Assembly (NCBI GenBank): GCA_963824095.1
Contig: CAWGNS010000008.1
Location: 1,231,200-1,295,199, forward strand
Length of the DNA stretch: 64,000 nucleotides
Origin: Terriglobia bacterium
GTDB lineage: Bacteria; Acidobacteriota; Terriglobia; Bryobacterales; UBA6623
Reading direction: 5' to 3'
Position numbers and translations under genes: made by a program. Below the pieces are notes generated by a model. The model ran no database searches. It saw only the letters and a list, made by a program, of their open reading frames with translations, and was not told where the DNA came from. This document shows positions 7,633 through 16,742 of the stretch, one piece after another; position 1 is the first letter of the stretch; the number at the start of each line of letters is the position of its first letter.

Positions 7633-10044
7633 TCAGAACCCCGCCGAATACCACAAGCTCACGCGCAGGTCGAAATAGTTCGGCCGGCGGGGGTTGTACC
7701 GGTTGACCAGGTGTACGCCTCGCACGAAGCTGATCGAAAGATCCATCGGCGGCGACACGCCGGGTACGCGCAGGCGCACGCCCGGGCCGGTCTCGACGAA
7801 GTTGGCCCAATAGAGGCGCTTCACGTCGGTGGTCAGGTTGAAGTTCCAGAACACCTGGGCCCGCAATGCGCCGCGGCCGGGCAATCGGTACCCCGGACGC
7901 AGTTGCAGGTAGCCGATCGTGTCGTTTTCGAAGCGGCTCACGAACACCGCGTCGGCATTGGCTTCCAGGAAACGCCCGGGCTCGTTGCCGCCCAGCGACG
8001 CTCCGCGGCTTTCGAACCAGCTCAGGCCGCCGCGATAATCCGGACCGGCCCGCGGCTCGCTGGGCGGGCGCTTTCCCAGGTAGTGAAAGGTTTCTCCGGC
8101 CTCGGCCCACAACACAACGCGCGGGTGGACCTGCGCCCGCACCCCCGCCGCGGCGACCAGCGCGTTTTCGGAAAGAAACAGCGGCGTGCTGCCGCCGGTT
8201 CGCTGGCGGACGTCGCCGGAAAACCGCAGCGAAAGGTAGGGACGCACCGGCAGCGACTCGATGTGGAACTCGGTCTTGATCTGCGCATAGTTGAACAGGT
8301 CGTGGTAGCGGCTCGAAAACATCGGCAGCGACCAGACCGAGGTCGTCACGCGACGGAATTGGGGCGCCAGGTTGCGGTAGGATTGCCGCGCCTGTTCGGC
8401 GACTTCGGCGTTGGGGCTTTCGGAGGCGATCCGGAACCAGCGCACGGCCTCGCGGTCCTGCCGCATCAGGTTGTGGACCACGCCGAGCTTCAGGGCGATC
8501 GAAAAATCTTGCGGATCGATCTCGTAGGCGCGCAGCAACTCCCGGCGGGCGTCCTGCAGGTAGCTGTTGTTGAGGCTCTTTTCCCCCAGCTCGCGATGCG
8601 GCCGGGCTTCCTGTTCGCGGATTTGGCGCAGGCGTTCCTCGGCGCGTCCGGCGATGTTCTGATCCGGGCTGTGGATCGCCTTTTCCAGCAGCCGCACGGC
8701 CTCGGCCGGATTGTTGCGCGCCATGTAGAAGTCCGCCAGTTGCGCCGCCGCCAGCAGGTCGCTGGGGTCGTCGGCGACGATCCGCTCGAACTCCCGCAGC
8801 GCCTCGTCGCGCAGGTTCACCTGGAGCAGCAGGTACGCCAAGTCGCGGCGAAGGCGGCTGTTCGCCGGCTCAAGATCGAGTGCGCGGCGGAACTCCGCGG
8901 CGTAGGGGTAGCGGTCGGGCAGGTGATCCTTGGCGGTCTCGGCGATGCGCACGTCGTTCGAACGCGAGGCCAGCAGCCAGGCCGCCCGCCCCGCTTCGGT
9001 GTCTCCGGCAGCATCGCGGGCCGCCGCCAGGAGCAGCAGAATCTCCTCGGGGCGTTCGTCGGACGGGATTCTCCATGCCGCCAGGTAGTGATCGGCGGCC
9101 TTGGCGGGCTCGCCGCGTTTCTCGAGAAGCTCCGCCAGCTCCACCTGCACCGAGCGGTTTTCGGGGTCGGATCGCAAGGTTTGGGTCCAGCGCTCGATCG
9201 CCTGGCCCAACTCGCCGTCGATGTTTTCGAAGGCGGTGCGAGCCGTATCGCGGATCTGCGGGTCTTCGCTCGCCGCCAACTTGCGGAACAGTTGCCAGGC
9301 CCGCGCCTCCTGCTGCGTTTCGTGGCAGAGGAAGGCCAGCTCCAACGCGATGTGCTGATCGGTAGGATCAAGCGCCCAGGCCCGGTCGAACATTTCGCGC
9401 GCCGCTTCGGTCTGGCCCATCTTGAGGTAGGCGTAGCCGAGTTGCTTGCGAATATCGGCCCGTTGCGGGGCGAGTGGCAGGGCATTGCGAAGATGCCCGG
9501 CGGCCGCATCGTAGTCCTTGACGGCCAGCGCCTGGTAGGCCGCGGTCAACTCGCCATAGGCGGGGTCGCCGGGCGCGCCGATTGCCGCGGCGGTTTCGTT
9601 CCCGCCGAGGTTGTGAAGCGCTTCGTTGGCCTTGACGCGGGCGGCCTCGTCGCCGCTGGCGGCCACCGCGCGGAACAGCTCCGCCGCGCGCTCGGGTTGG
9701 CCATCCGTTTGATAGGAGTAGGCCAGTTGCAGAGCGATCTGCGTGTCGGCCGGGTCGAGGATCCGCGCCTGCTCGAACATGGCCAGCGCCCGCTTGGTTG
9801 CGCCGGTCCGCAGGTAGGCATACCCCAGTTGCTGGAAGATATCAGCCCGCCGCGGGGCGAGCTTCGACGCTTCCGCCAGGCACACGATGGCCTGGGGATA
9901 GTCTCCCGAGCGGAGAAAGGAATAAGCTTTTTCGAGGGGATCGTGGGCGGGATCCAGGGGCTCCGCGGCGGATAGCAAGCACGCAAGCGCCAGCAGCCAG
10001 AGGAATCTCACTTCGGCTACCGCCTGCTCTGTTGTTGGTCCCAT
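7633..10044 (-). CDS. TPR-repeat protein with C-terminal predicted outer-membrane beta-barrel
   Basis: Signal peptide, many TPRs (QLGYAYL..G....A...F..A..LDP.D), then ~240 aa of amphipathic strands ending LRVSLWYSAGF. Confidence 0.8.
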   Translation of the reverse strand: MGPTTEQAVAEVRFLWLLALACLLSAAEPLDPAHDPLEKAYSFLRSGDYPQAIVCLAEASKLAPRRADIFQQLGYAYLRTGATKRALAMFEQARILDPADTQIALQLAYSYQTDGQPERAAELFRAVAASGDEAARVKANEALHNLGGNETAAAIGAPGDPAYGELTAAYQALAVKDYDAAAGHLRNALPLAPQRADIRKQLGYAYLKMGQTEAAREMFDRAWALDPTDQHIALELAFLCHETQQEARAWQLFRKLAASEDPQIRDTARTAFENIDGELGQAIERWTQTLRSDPENRSVQVELAELLEKRGEPAKAADHYLAAWRIPSDERPEEILLLLAAARDAAGDTEAGRAAWLLASRSNDVRIAETAKDHLPDRYPYAAEFRRALDLEPANSRLRRDLAYLLLQVNLRDEALREFERIVADDPSDLLAAAQLADFYMARNNPAEAVRLLEKAIHSPDQNIAGRAEERLRQIREQEARPHRELGEKSLNNSYLQDARRELLRAYEIDPQDFSIALKLGVVHNLMRQDREAVRWFRIASESPNAEVAEQARQSYRNLAPQFRRVTTSVWSLPMFSSRYHDLFNYAQIKTEFHIESLPVRPYLSLRFSGDVRQRTGGSTPLFLSENALVAAAGVRAQVHPRVVLWAEAGETFHYLGKRPPSEPRAGPDYRGGLSWFESRGASLGGNEPGRFLEANADAVFVSRFENDTIGYLQLRPGYRLPGRGALRAQVFWNFNLTTDVKRLYWANFVETGPGVRLRVPGVSPPMDLSISFVRGVHLVNRYNPRRPNYFDLRVSLWYSAGF

Positions 10045-10146
10045 CTAAGCACAGTGCGGGGCCGGCTGCAACCAGAGGGTGGGAAGGGGATCGCGTGGAG
10101 GGGCACTACGAGTAGCCGGGCCTACCGAGGTGGCCTCGCTACTGAG

Positions 10147-10192
10147 GTGGCGCAGGCCTCCGGCCGGCCGCGTCGGCGTCCAGCCGACGTTC
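10147..10192 (+). repeat. Single REP-like arm, GTGG family
   Basis: GTGGCGCAGGCCTCCGGCCGGCCG + hairpin CGTCGGC-GTCCA-GCCGACG + TTC; aligns with 19973-20018. Confidence 0.65.
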
Positions 10193-10207
10193 CCCCGCTA
10201 GCGAGCG

Positions 10208-10817
10208 CTAGTTGCTCGGCTGCAAGGGGATCTCGAAGTAAAACAGATCGCTGCCGGCGGTCATGTCGCGGATACCCGAAATATAGACACGCGTATTGGT
10301 CAGCGGCCCGGTGCCGGTGTTGTAGTAGAAAAATCCGCTGGCAGTGGTTTTCGGCGTGATTACCGGGGCCCGGAATTCGCGTTCGAGTGATCTCGGGCTT
10401 CGCCAGAGGGCCCTTTTTCACCTTGGGGCCGCCGAGCGGAATCGGAATATAGGCGGGGCGGTCCTTGGGTTGATGGCCCTTGGGATTGAAGAAGGTCAGG
10501 TCCTCGCCCGAGGTCGGCTCCAGCCCCTCGCCGCGCGAATCGATGAAGCGGACCTTCAGATTCTGAAGCCCCAGGGGGTGGTCGCTGTTGTTGGTAATGA
10601 CTACCAGCACGGGCAGAAAGCCGTACTTGTAGGGCTCGGCCTTGCCGAAGGCTTCTTTCTGCTCTTCCTGGCTGCGGTAGGCCTTCACCGCGACCGTAAC
10701 GCCGGCCTGCTCCTGACGGGCGGCGTATTCGGGCGCCGACTTGACCTGGAAGCCTTCCTCGCCGGCGACGGCCACCACGGCCCACGACAGCGCCAGCAAC
10801 GTCACAAGGCCGCGCAT
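10208..10817 (-). CDS. Exported hypothetical protein with one apparent frameshift near 10385
   Basis: Signal peptide MRGLVTLLALSWAVVAVA; after PEIT the plausible protein continues in the next frame (EREFRAPVITPKTTASGFFYYNTG...LFYFEIPLQPSN*) to TAG at 10208-10210. Confidence 0.7.
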
Positions 10818-10836
10818 ACACCCGTATGTTGACATA

Positions 10837-13353
10837 ATGATGGGAAGAAAATTGGCCTTTTTCGCCTACAATCTGTTACTTGCGTTGGCCGCGGTGGTGC
10901 TGCTGCCGTACTCGCTGTGGCGCGGCTGGAGGCGCGGCCTGCCTTGGCGCCGGCTGCCCGAGCGGCTCGGTTTTTTGCCCCGCCTATTGCATCAGACCGC
11001 CCCCGATTCTATCTGGTTACATGCGGTTTCCGTCGGCGAGGTCACCGCCTGCGCCCGCCTGGTGCGGCAATTGCGGCGGCGCTTTCCCTGGGCCCCGCTG
11101 TTTGTAAGCACAACCACGGCAACCGGCCAGCAGATGGCGATCGAAAAGCTGGGCGCGACCGTCGACGGCGTTTTTTATGCGCCGCTGGATCTTCCCTTCC
11201 TCGTCAGACGCGTTTTGCGGCAACTGCGTCCGCGGCTGGTGCTGGTCGCCGAAACCGAAATCTGGCCCAACCTGTTCCGCGAAACCAAGCGCAGCGGCGC
11301 CGGCCTGCTGGTGGTGAACGGCCGCATTTCGGATCGATCAGCGGCCAGCTACCGGCGTTTTCGCTTCTTTTTCGGGCGCGTGCTGCGCTACCCGGACCGC
11401 ATCCTGGCGCAATCGGCCGCGGACCGCGAGCGGTTTGTTGCGGCGGGCGCTCCGTCCGAGTCCGTCGTGGCCGGCGGAAACCTGAAATACGACTTCGAGC
11501 CGGCGGCCGCGGCGCTTCCCGCCAGCTTGGTGGAACTGCTGGCGCGGCTGCGGCCCGACCTGGTGCTGCTGGCCGGCAGTACGCGCGAGGACGAGGAGCA
11601 GCCCGTCATCGAAGCGTTTCGCCTCGTGGCCCAGGCCAAGCCGCGGGCGCTGCTGATCGTTGCGCCGCGCCACCCGCAGCGCTTCGACGAAGCGGCCCGC
11701 ACGCTCGCCGCTTCGGGGCTTCCCTACCTGCGGCGGTCGGAGTTGGGCGGCACACAGCCGGCGGATTTGCCCCTGCCCGGAGCCCTGCTGCTCGACAGCC
11801 TTGGAGAGCTGGCGTCGCTTTACGAGGCAGCGGACATCGTATTCGTCGGCGGATCGCTCAACGGCTGGGGCGGGCACAACGTCCTCGAGCCAGCGCTTTA
11901 CGGGCGCCCGGTGGTGGTCGGCCCGCATATGCAGAATTTCCGCGCCATCGCCGATACGCTGCTGGCGCAGGGCGGATTGCTGCAGGTTGCGGGAGCCGCG
12001 GAACTGGGCCCGGCGCTGCTTCGCCTGGTAGAGGACCCCGCGTATGCGTCGCAGCTCGGCCAGCGCGCTCGGCAGGTCGCCGAGGCGCAACGCGGAGCGA
12101 CCGACCGGGCGGTTGAGGAGTGCGGGCGGCTTTACGAGATGAGCTCTCCCCAGACTTCACTGGGGTTATGGCGCAGCGTGCTGTTGGCGGGCCCGGCGCT
12201 TGCCTGGGAAGCCGCGGCGCGGCTGCGGCTGGCGGCGTACGGGCGCGGCTGGCTCGCGCGCCGGCGCCTGGACGCATTCACGATCTGCATAGGCAACCTG
12301 ACCACCGGCGGGGCGGGCAAAACACCGCTGGTGGCGTGGCTGGTCGCGCGCCTGAGCGAGCGCGGCTATGCGCCCGCCGTCCTCACGCGGGGCTACAGGC
12401 GGTCCTCGCCGGAAGCGCTGGTGCTACGCTCGGGCGGCGCTGGCGGCTCGCGCGGGGCCGCCAATCCCGTCGAGTGTGGCGACGAGGCCGCGATGCTGGA
12501 GCGCCAGTTCGCGCGCTTGGGCGTGAAAGCCGCGATCGGCGTCGGCGCCGACCGGTTCGAGGCAGGCCAACGGCTTTTGGCGGCGGATCCAGTTCCCGAT
12601 GCACCGTCGGTTCCCTGCACGACGACGCCCGATGTCCTGGTGCTCGACGACGGCTTCCAGCACCTGGCCCTGGAACGCGATCTGGATCTGGTGCTGATCG
12701 ACGTCACGAATCCATTTGGCGGCGGGAACATGCTTCCCCTGGGGCGCCTGCGCGAACCACCGAGTTCTCTCGACCGCGCGGGCGCAATCCTGTTGACGCG
12801 CACCGAGCCCGGCCGGTCCTATGATGAGCTGGAGCGGCGGCTACGGGAACTCAATCCGCGGGCGCCGATTTTTCGGTCCTGGACGCGTGCGGTGAGCGTC
12901 GTGCGTTTCGGCGACGAAATGGAGGCGCCGCTCACGACGCTCGACGGCCGCCGGATCGCGGCCTTTTGCGGGCTGGGCAACCCCGAGTCGTTCTGGCGTG
13001 TGTTGCGGCGCGGCGGCTGGAGCGTCGTGCGGCGGCTCGGGTTCGGCGATCATCACCGCTATTCCGCCGACGAGTTGCGGCAGATCGCCGAACAGGCCAA
13101 GGCGGCCCGTACCGATCTGCTGTTAACCACCGAGAAGGACGTGGTGAACCTGGCCCAGGCATTCGAAGGCCTGCGGAAAGCGACACCCGAGGGAGACGAT
13201 CCCGCGCCCGTTTTGGGGAACCTTTACTGGCTCAAGATCGAGGCCGTCGTGGAACGGGAAGACGAACTGCTGCGATGGATCGAGGAGAAGATGGCGGCGC
13301 GGCGCGGGCCGCTGACCCCGCGTCCGCCGGCGCGCGCTCAGGTGCGTGCCTGA
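10837..13353 (+). CDS. waaA-lpxK: Fusion of Kdo transferase (WaaA) and tetraacyldisaccharide 4'-kinase (LpxK)
   Basis: N-half: IWLHAVSVGE, ETEIWPN, GNLKYD, APRHPQRF, GGHNVLEPA. C-half: IGNLTTGGAGKTP, LTRGY, GDEA, LDDGFQH, PLGRLRE, DHHRY, TTEKD. One uninterrupted frame. Confidence 0.93.
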   Translation: MMGRKLAFFAYNLLLALAAVVLLPYSLWRGWRRGLPWRRLPERLGFLPRLLHQTAPDSIWLHAVSVGEVTACARLVRQLRRRFPWAPLFVSTTTATGQQMAIEKLGATVDGVFYAPLDLPFLVRRVLRQLRPRLVLVAETEIWPNLFRETKRSGAGLLVVNGRISDRSAASYRRFRFFFGRVLRYPDRILAQSAADRERFVAAGAPSESVVAGGNLKYDFEPAAAALPASLVELLARLRPDLVLLAGSTREDEEQPVIEAFRLVAQAKPRALLIVAPRHPQRFDEAARTLAASGLPYLRRSELGGTQPADLPLPGALLLDSLGELASLYEAADIVFVGGSLNGWGGHNVLEPALYGRPVVVGPHMQNFRAIADTLLAQGGLLQVAGAAELGPALLRLVEDPAYASQLGQRARQVAEAQRGATDRAVEECGRLYEMSSPQTSLGLWRSVLLAGPALAWEAAARLRLAAYGRGWLARRRLDAFTICIGNLTTGGAGKTPLVAWLVARLSERGYAPAVLTRGYRRSSPEALVLRSGGAGGSRGAANPVECGDEAAMLERQFARLGVKAAIGVGADRFEAGQRLLAADPVPDAPSVPCTTTPDVLVLDDGFQHLALERDLDLVLIDVTNPFGGGNMLPLGRLREPPSSLDRAGAILLTRTEPGRSYDELERRLRELNPRAPIFRSWTRAVSVVRFGDEMEAPLTTLDGRRIAAFCGLGNPESFWRVLRRGGWSVVRRLGFGDHHRYSADELRQIAEQAKAARTDLLLTTEKDVVNLAQAFEGLRKATPEGDDPAPVLGNLYWLKIEAVVEREDELLRWIEEKMAARRGPLTPRPPARAQVRA

Positions 13354-13399
13354 CCGCCGCATGTCGCAGCAACCGGCCCACCTTCGACAGAACAGGCCC

Positions 13400-14440
13400 A
13401 TGAAACTGCTGGTAAGAGCAACGAACTGGCTTGGCGACGCCGTGATGTCGATTCCGGCGCTGCGCGAGCTGCGGCGTTCGTTCGCGGGTTGGGAAATCAC
13501 CGTGCTGGCGCGGCCGTGGGTCGCCGATCTCTACCGCCGCGAAGACTTTTGCGACCGCATCCTCACCTACGAAAACGCCTCGCGGCACGCCGGGATGCGC
13601 GGCAAGCTGAGCCTGGCCGGCGAGCTACGCCGCGAGGGTTTCGACTGCGCCGTGCTGCTGCAGAACGCCTTCGACGCCGCCTTGCTGGCCTGGGCGGCCC
13701 GCATTCCGCGGCGCATCGGCTATTCCCGCGATGGGCGGCGGGCATTGTTGACGGAAGCAGTGTCGGTGCCTCGCGCGGGTGAGATCCCGGCGCACCAGCG
13801 CTTCTACTATCTGGAATTGCTGCGGCGGGCCCGATTGCTGGAGCAGGTTCCCGAATGCCACGAGATTCGGCTCAGCGGCGCGGCCGCGGCCGCCGAGTCG
13901 GGGCGATCGTTGTGGGGGCGGCTCGGGCTGCCAGCCGGGCGTTGGATCGGCGTCAGTCCCGGCGCCGCGTTCGGAGGGGCCAAACGCTGGCTGCCGGAGC
14001 GGTTCGCCGAAGCCGCCGTGCGGCTTTCGACTGAGCTCGACGCCGGCATCGCGGTATTCGGTTCGGCGGCTGAAGCAAAGTTGTGCGAATCGGTGGCCGC
14101 TCTCGCCGGCGCTCGTGCGCACTCTCTGGCGGGGAAGACGACGCTTGCGGAATTCATCGATCTGGCGGCGGCTTGCAGCGTCTATCTCACTAACGATTCG
14201 GGGCCGATGCACGTCGCTTCGGCGCTGGGCGTGCCCACCGTGGCGATTTTCGGGGCCACCGACCACGTCGCCACGGGACCTACCGGTGATTGGGCGCGGA
14301 TTGTCCGGCAGCCGGTGGACTGCAGCCCTTGCCTGTTGCGCGAATGCCCCATCGACCACCGCTGCATGACCGGCGTGGCGTCGGCCACGGTGGTGGCGGA
14401 GGCGCGGATGTTGCTGGTGGCGGCAGGCGTGGTGGGCTGA
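13400..14440 (+). CDS. waaF: Lipopolysaccharide heptosyltransferase II (GT9)
   Basis: RATNWLGDAVM, PGAAFGGAKRW, TNDSGPMH, CSPCLLRECPIDHRCM. Confidence 0.92.
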   Translation: MKLLVRATNWLGDAVMSIPALRELRRSFAGWEITVLARPWVADLYRREDFCDRILTYENASRHAGMRGKLSLAGELRREGFDCAVLLQNAFDAALLAWAARIPRRIGYSRDGRRALLTEAVSVPRAGEIPAHQRFYYLELLRRARLLEQVPECHEIRLSGAAAAAESGRSLWGRLGLPAGRWIGVSPGAAFGGAKRWLPERFAEAAVRLSTELDAGIAVFGSAAEAKLCESVAALAGARAHSLAGKTTLAEFIDLAAACSVYLTNDSGPMHVASALGVPTVAIFGATDHVATGPTGDWARIVRQPVDCSPCLLRECPIDHRCMTGVASATVVAEARMLLVAAGVVG

Positions 14441-14647
14441 GTTTTTCGGGCTGCCGGGAAGATGGCGAGGTGCAGGCACCGAGAGCGAGGCCCGGCGGGC
14501 CGAAGGACCTTCGGAAGTGGCCGTGGGGTGGCTTCCGTCGTCGTTGGCCCTACGTAGCGAAGAATCGCTACGCGGCAAACCTGGAGGTTCACCTCACGGG
14601 CGGCGGTTTTGGCTTCTGAGGGCCGATGGAATCAGCGTGTTGCGCCG

Positions 14648-15121
14648 TCACGGGCCGACGCTGGGCGACTTGTTGGGGTTAGGCCAGCGGTCTTCGGTCT
14701 GGTCGATCACCGTCACACGCCTTTTGTCTCCGCCTTGGTCTTCCATGTCGATCTGCAGGCGCGGCGTGGGCAGGTGGGCGGTGAATTTTTCGCCCCATTC
14801 GATTAGCACGACCGCGTTTTCGGTCCATAACTCATCGAGTCCCAGCGTTTCCAGCTCCGTCAACTGATCGAGGCGGTAAAGGTCGATGTGATAGACCTTG
14901 GGGTTGCCCTCGTACTCGTGAATCAGCGAGAACGTGGGGCTCAGTACGTCCTCGGATCGCGCGACGCCGAGCCCTTCGATGAGTCCCTTGGCGAGAGCGG
15001 TCTTGCCAGAGCCGAGGTCCCCCACCAACAGGATGAGCTGCGGCGGCCGAACGCGCTGTGCGAGTTCGCGGCCGAGTTCCATGGTTTCCTCGGCAGAGTA
15101 AGTGGTGTAGACGTGCTGCAT
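14648..15121 (-). CDS. tsaE: tRNA t6A biosynthesis ATPase TsaE
   Basis: GDLGSGKT, SPTFSL, HIDLYRL, IEWG; follows nnr as is usual. Confidence 0.95.
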   Translation of the reverse strand: MQHVYTTYSAEETMELGRELAQRVRPPQLILLVGDLGSGKTALAKGLIEGLGVARSEDVLSPTFSLIHEYEGNPKVYHIDLYRLDQLTELETLGLDELWTENAVVLIEWGEKFTAHLPTPRLQIDMEDQGGDKRRVTVIDQTEDRWPNPNKSPSVGP

Positions 15122-15153
15122 CGTGAGTGGCTGAAACGGCGAAAAGCCCTGTG

Positions 15154-16740
15154 TCAGCCGCGCGTGTCCGCGATTTCCCTTAGAGAGCCAATGGCCTCGG
15201 GCAAACTGTCGAGCAAATCCATCGCCAGCATGCTTTGCTCGCCCAGCCGCGCCGCGGCCCATTCGCCGCAAAGGCCGTGCAGATACACGGCGGCAGCAAT
15301 GACACGCTCGGGCGGCGCCTCGCGAAACTGAGCCAGAAAGCCGGCGATCAGGCCGGTCAGGATGTCGCCGGAGCCGCCGGTCGCCATGGCCGGTGTGCCG
15401 CTGGGGTTCACCAGCACTTTGCCCTCGGGCGTGGCGATCAGCGAGCGGTCGCCCTTGAGCACCAGATACACTTTACGCCGCACCGAAAATTCGCGGGCTA
15501 TATCGACGCGCCGCGATTGCACCTGGGCGGCGGTAAGGCCGGTGAGCCGGGCCATCTCGCCGGGGTGCGGCGTCAGCACCACGAGCGGGCTGCGCGTCTC
15601 CCACTCGCCTTCGAGCGCGCTCAGCGCGGTGAGCCCATCGGCGTCTACCACCAGGGGCACCGCCGCTTCCTTGAAGATACGCTGCACCAGCCCCTGGTTG
15701 CCGGGGCTGGTGCCGATGCCGGGGCCGACCGCAACGACGGTCTTGCGGTCCAGCCATTCCTTGCGAAACGCCGCCGCGCCCATCGAGCCGTCCTGCGCCT
15801 CTTTCACCGGCTCGGTCATCAGCTCGGGCGTGCGGCCAACGAGGATCCCGGTAGCGCTGGCCGCCGTAGCCACGGTGACCAGCCCTGCTCCGGCCCGCAG
15901 CGTGGCCGTACCGGCCATGAGTACGGCTCCGGGCTTGGCGCGCGAGCCGCCCACCAGCAACACGTGGCCGAAATCGCCCTTGTGCGCGGAACGCTCGCGC
16001 GGCTGGAACAGCCCACTGAAGTCGCCGGCGTCGAGCAGCCACAGCCGAAAAGCAGGGTTCGATTCGAGCACCGCCCGCGGCGTGCCGATCGGCGCGACAT
16101 GCAGGCTGCCGCAGCGCTCCGCGGCCGGAGCGAAAATCTGGCCGAGCTTAGGCGCGGCAAAGGTCACCGTGTGGGCCGCGCGAATCGATTCGCCGGGCGG
16201 ATCGCCGCTATCGGAAGACAAGCCTGAAGGAATGTCCACCGCCACGATGCGCTCGGGCGGCACGCGCGCGTTGACGTCGCGAATCACTTCCAGATAGCGG
16301 CCCCGGGCGGCGCCCTGCAGTCCGGTTCCCAGCAGCGCGTCGACCAGCAGGGTGGCCGACCCCAACACGCTGCGCGCGCGCTGCCAGCTCTCCAGGTCCG
16401 GAACCGCCGTCACCTCGCCATCCACTGCGCGCAGCATGCGGAAGTTGGCGGCTGCATCTCCGTCGAGCTGATTGGGGTCGCATAGCAGAATGACGCGCAG
16501 CGACACCGGGCGTCCGCGCGTGAGCAAGTGGCGGGCCACCACCAGGCCGTCGCCGCCGTTGTTGCCCTTGCCGCACAACACCACGACGCGCTGGCGGTGG
16601 AGCGGCGCGTAGCGATGCGCCAGCAGCTCATAGACCCGTGAGCCGGCGTTCTCCATCAGGATCAGCCCCGGCAGGCCGCGCTCCTCGATGGTGACGCGGT
16701 CCACTTCGCGCATCTGCTCGGCGGTGAGAATGGGTTGCAC
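15154..16740 (-). CDS. nnr: Bifunctional NAD(P)HX epimerase/dehydratase (YjeF)
   Basis: LMENAG, GKGNNGGDG, DALLGTG, HKGDFG, VDADGL, TPHPGEM, ATGGSGDIL. Confidence 0.95.
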   Translation of the reverse strand: MQPILTAEQMREVDRVTIEERGLPGLILMENAGSRVYELLAHRYAPLHRQRVVVLCGKGNNGGDGLVVARHLLTRGRPVSLRVILLCDPNQLDGDAAANFRMLRAVDGEVTAVPDLESWQRARSVLGSATLLVDALLGTGLQGAARGRYLEVIRDVNARVPPERIVAVDIPSGLSSDSGDPPGESIRAAHTVTFAAPKLGQIFAPAAERCGSLHVAPIGTPRAVLESNPAFRLWLLDAGDFSGLFQPRERSAHKGDFGHVLLVGGSRAKPGAVLMAGTATLRAGAGLVTVATAASATGILVGRTPELMTEPVKEAQDGSMGAAAFRKEWLDRKTVVAVGPGIGTSPGNQGLVQRIFKEAAVPLVVDADGLTALSALEGEWETRSPLVVLTPHPGEMARLTGLTAAQVQSRRVDIAREFSVRRKVYLVLKGDRSLIATPEGKVLVNPSGTPAMATGGSGDILTGLIAGFLAQFREAPPERVIAAAVYLHGLCGEWAAARLGEQSMLAMDLLDSLPEAIGSLREIADTRG

Positions 16741-16742
16741 CC

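Noticed and set aside
7603..9975. Long antisense or alternate-frame ORFs (also 5693-7519, 32690-34558, 39301-41220, 51179-53770, 17560-19857)
   Set aside because: They shadow well-supported genes and carry no motifs; stop-poor alternate frames are expected at high GC.
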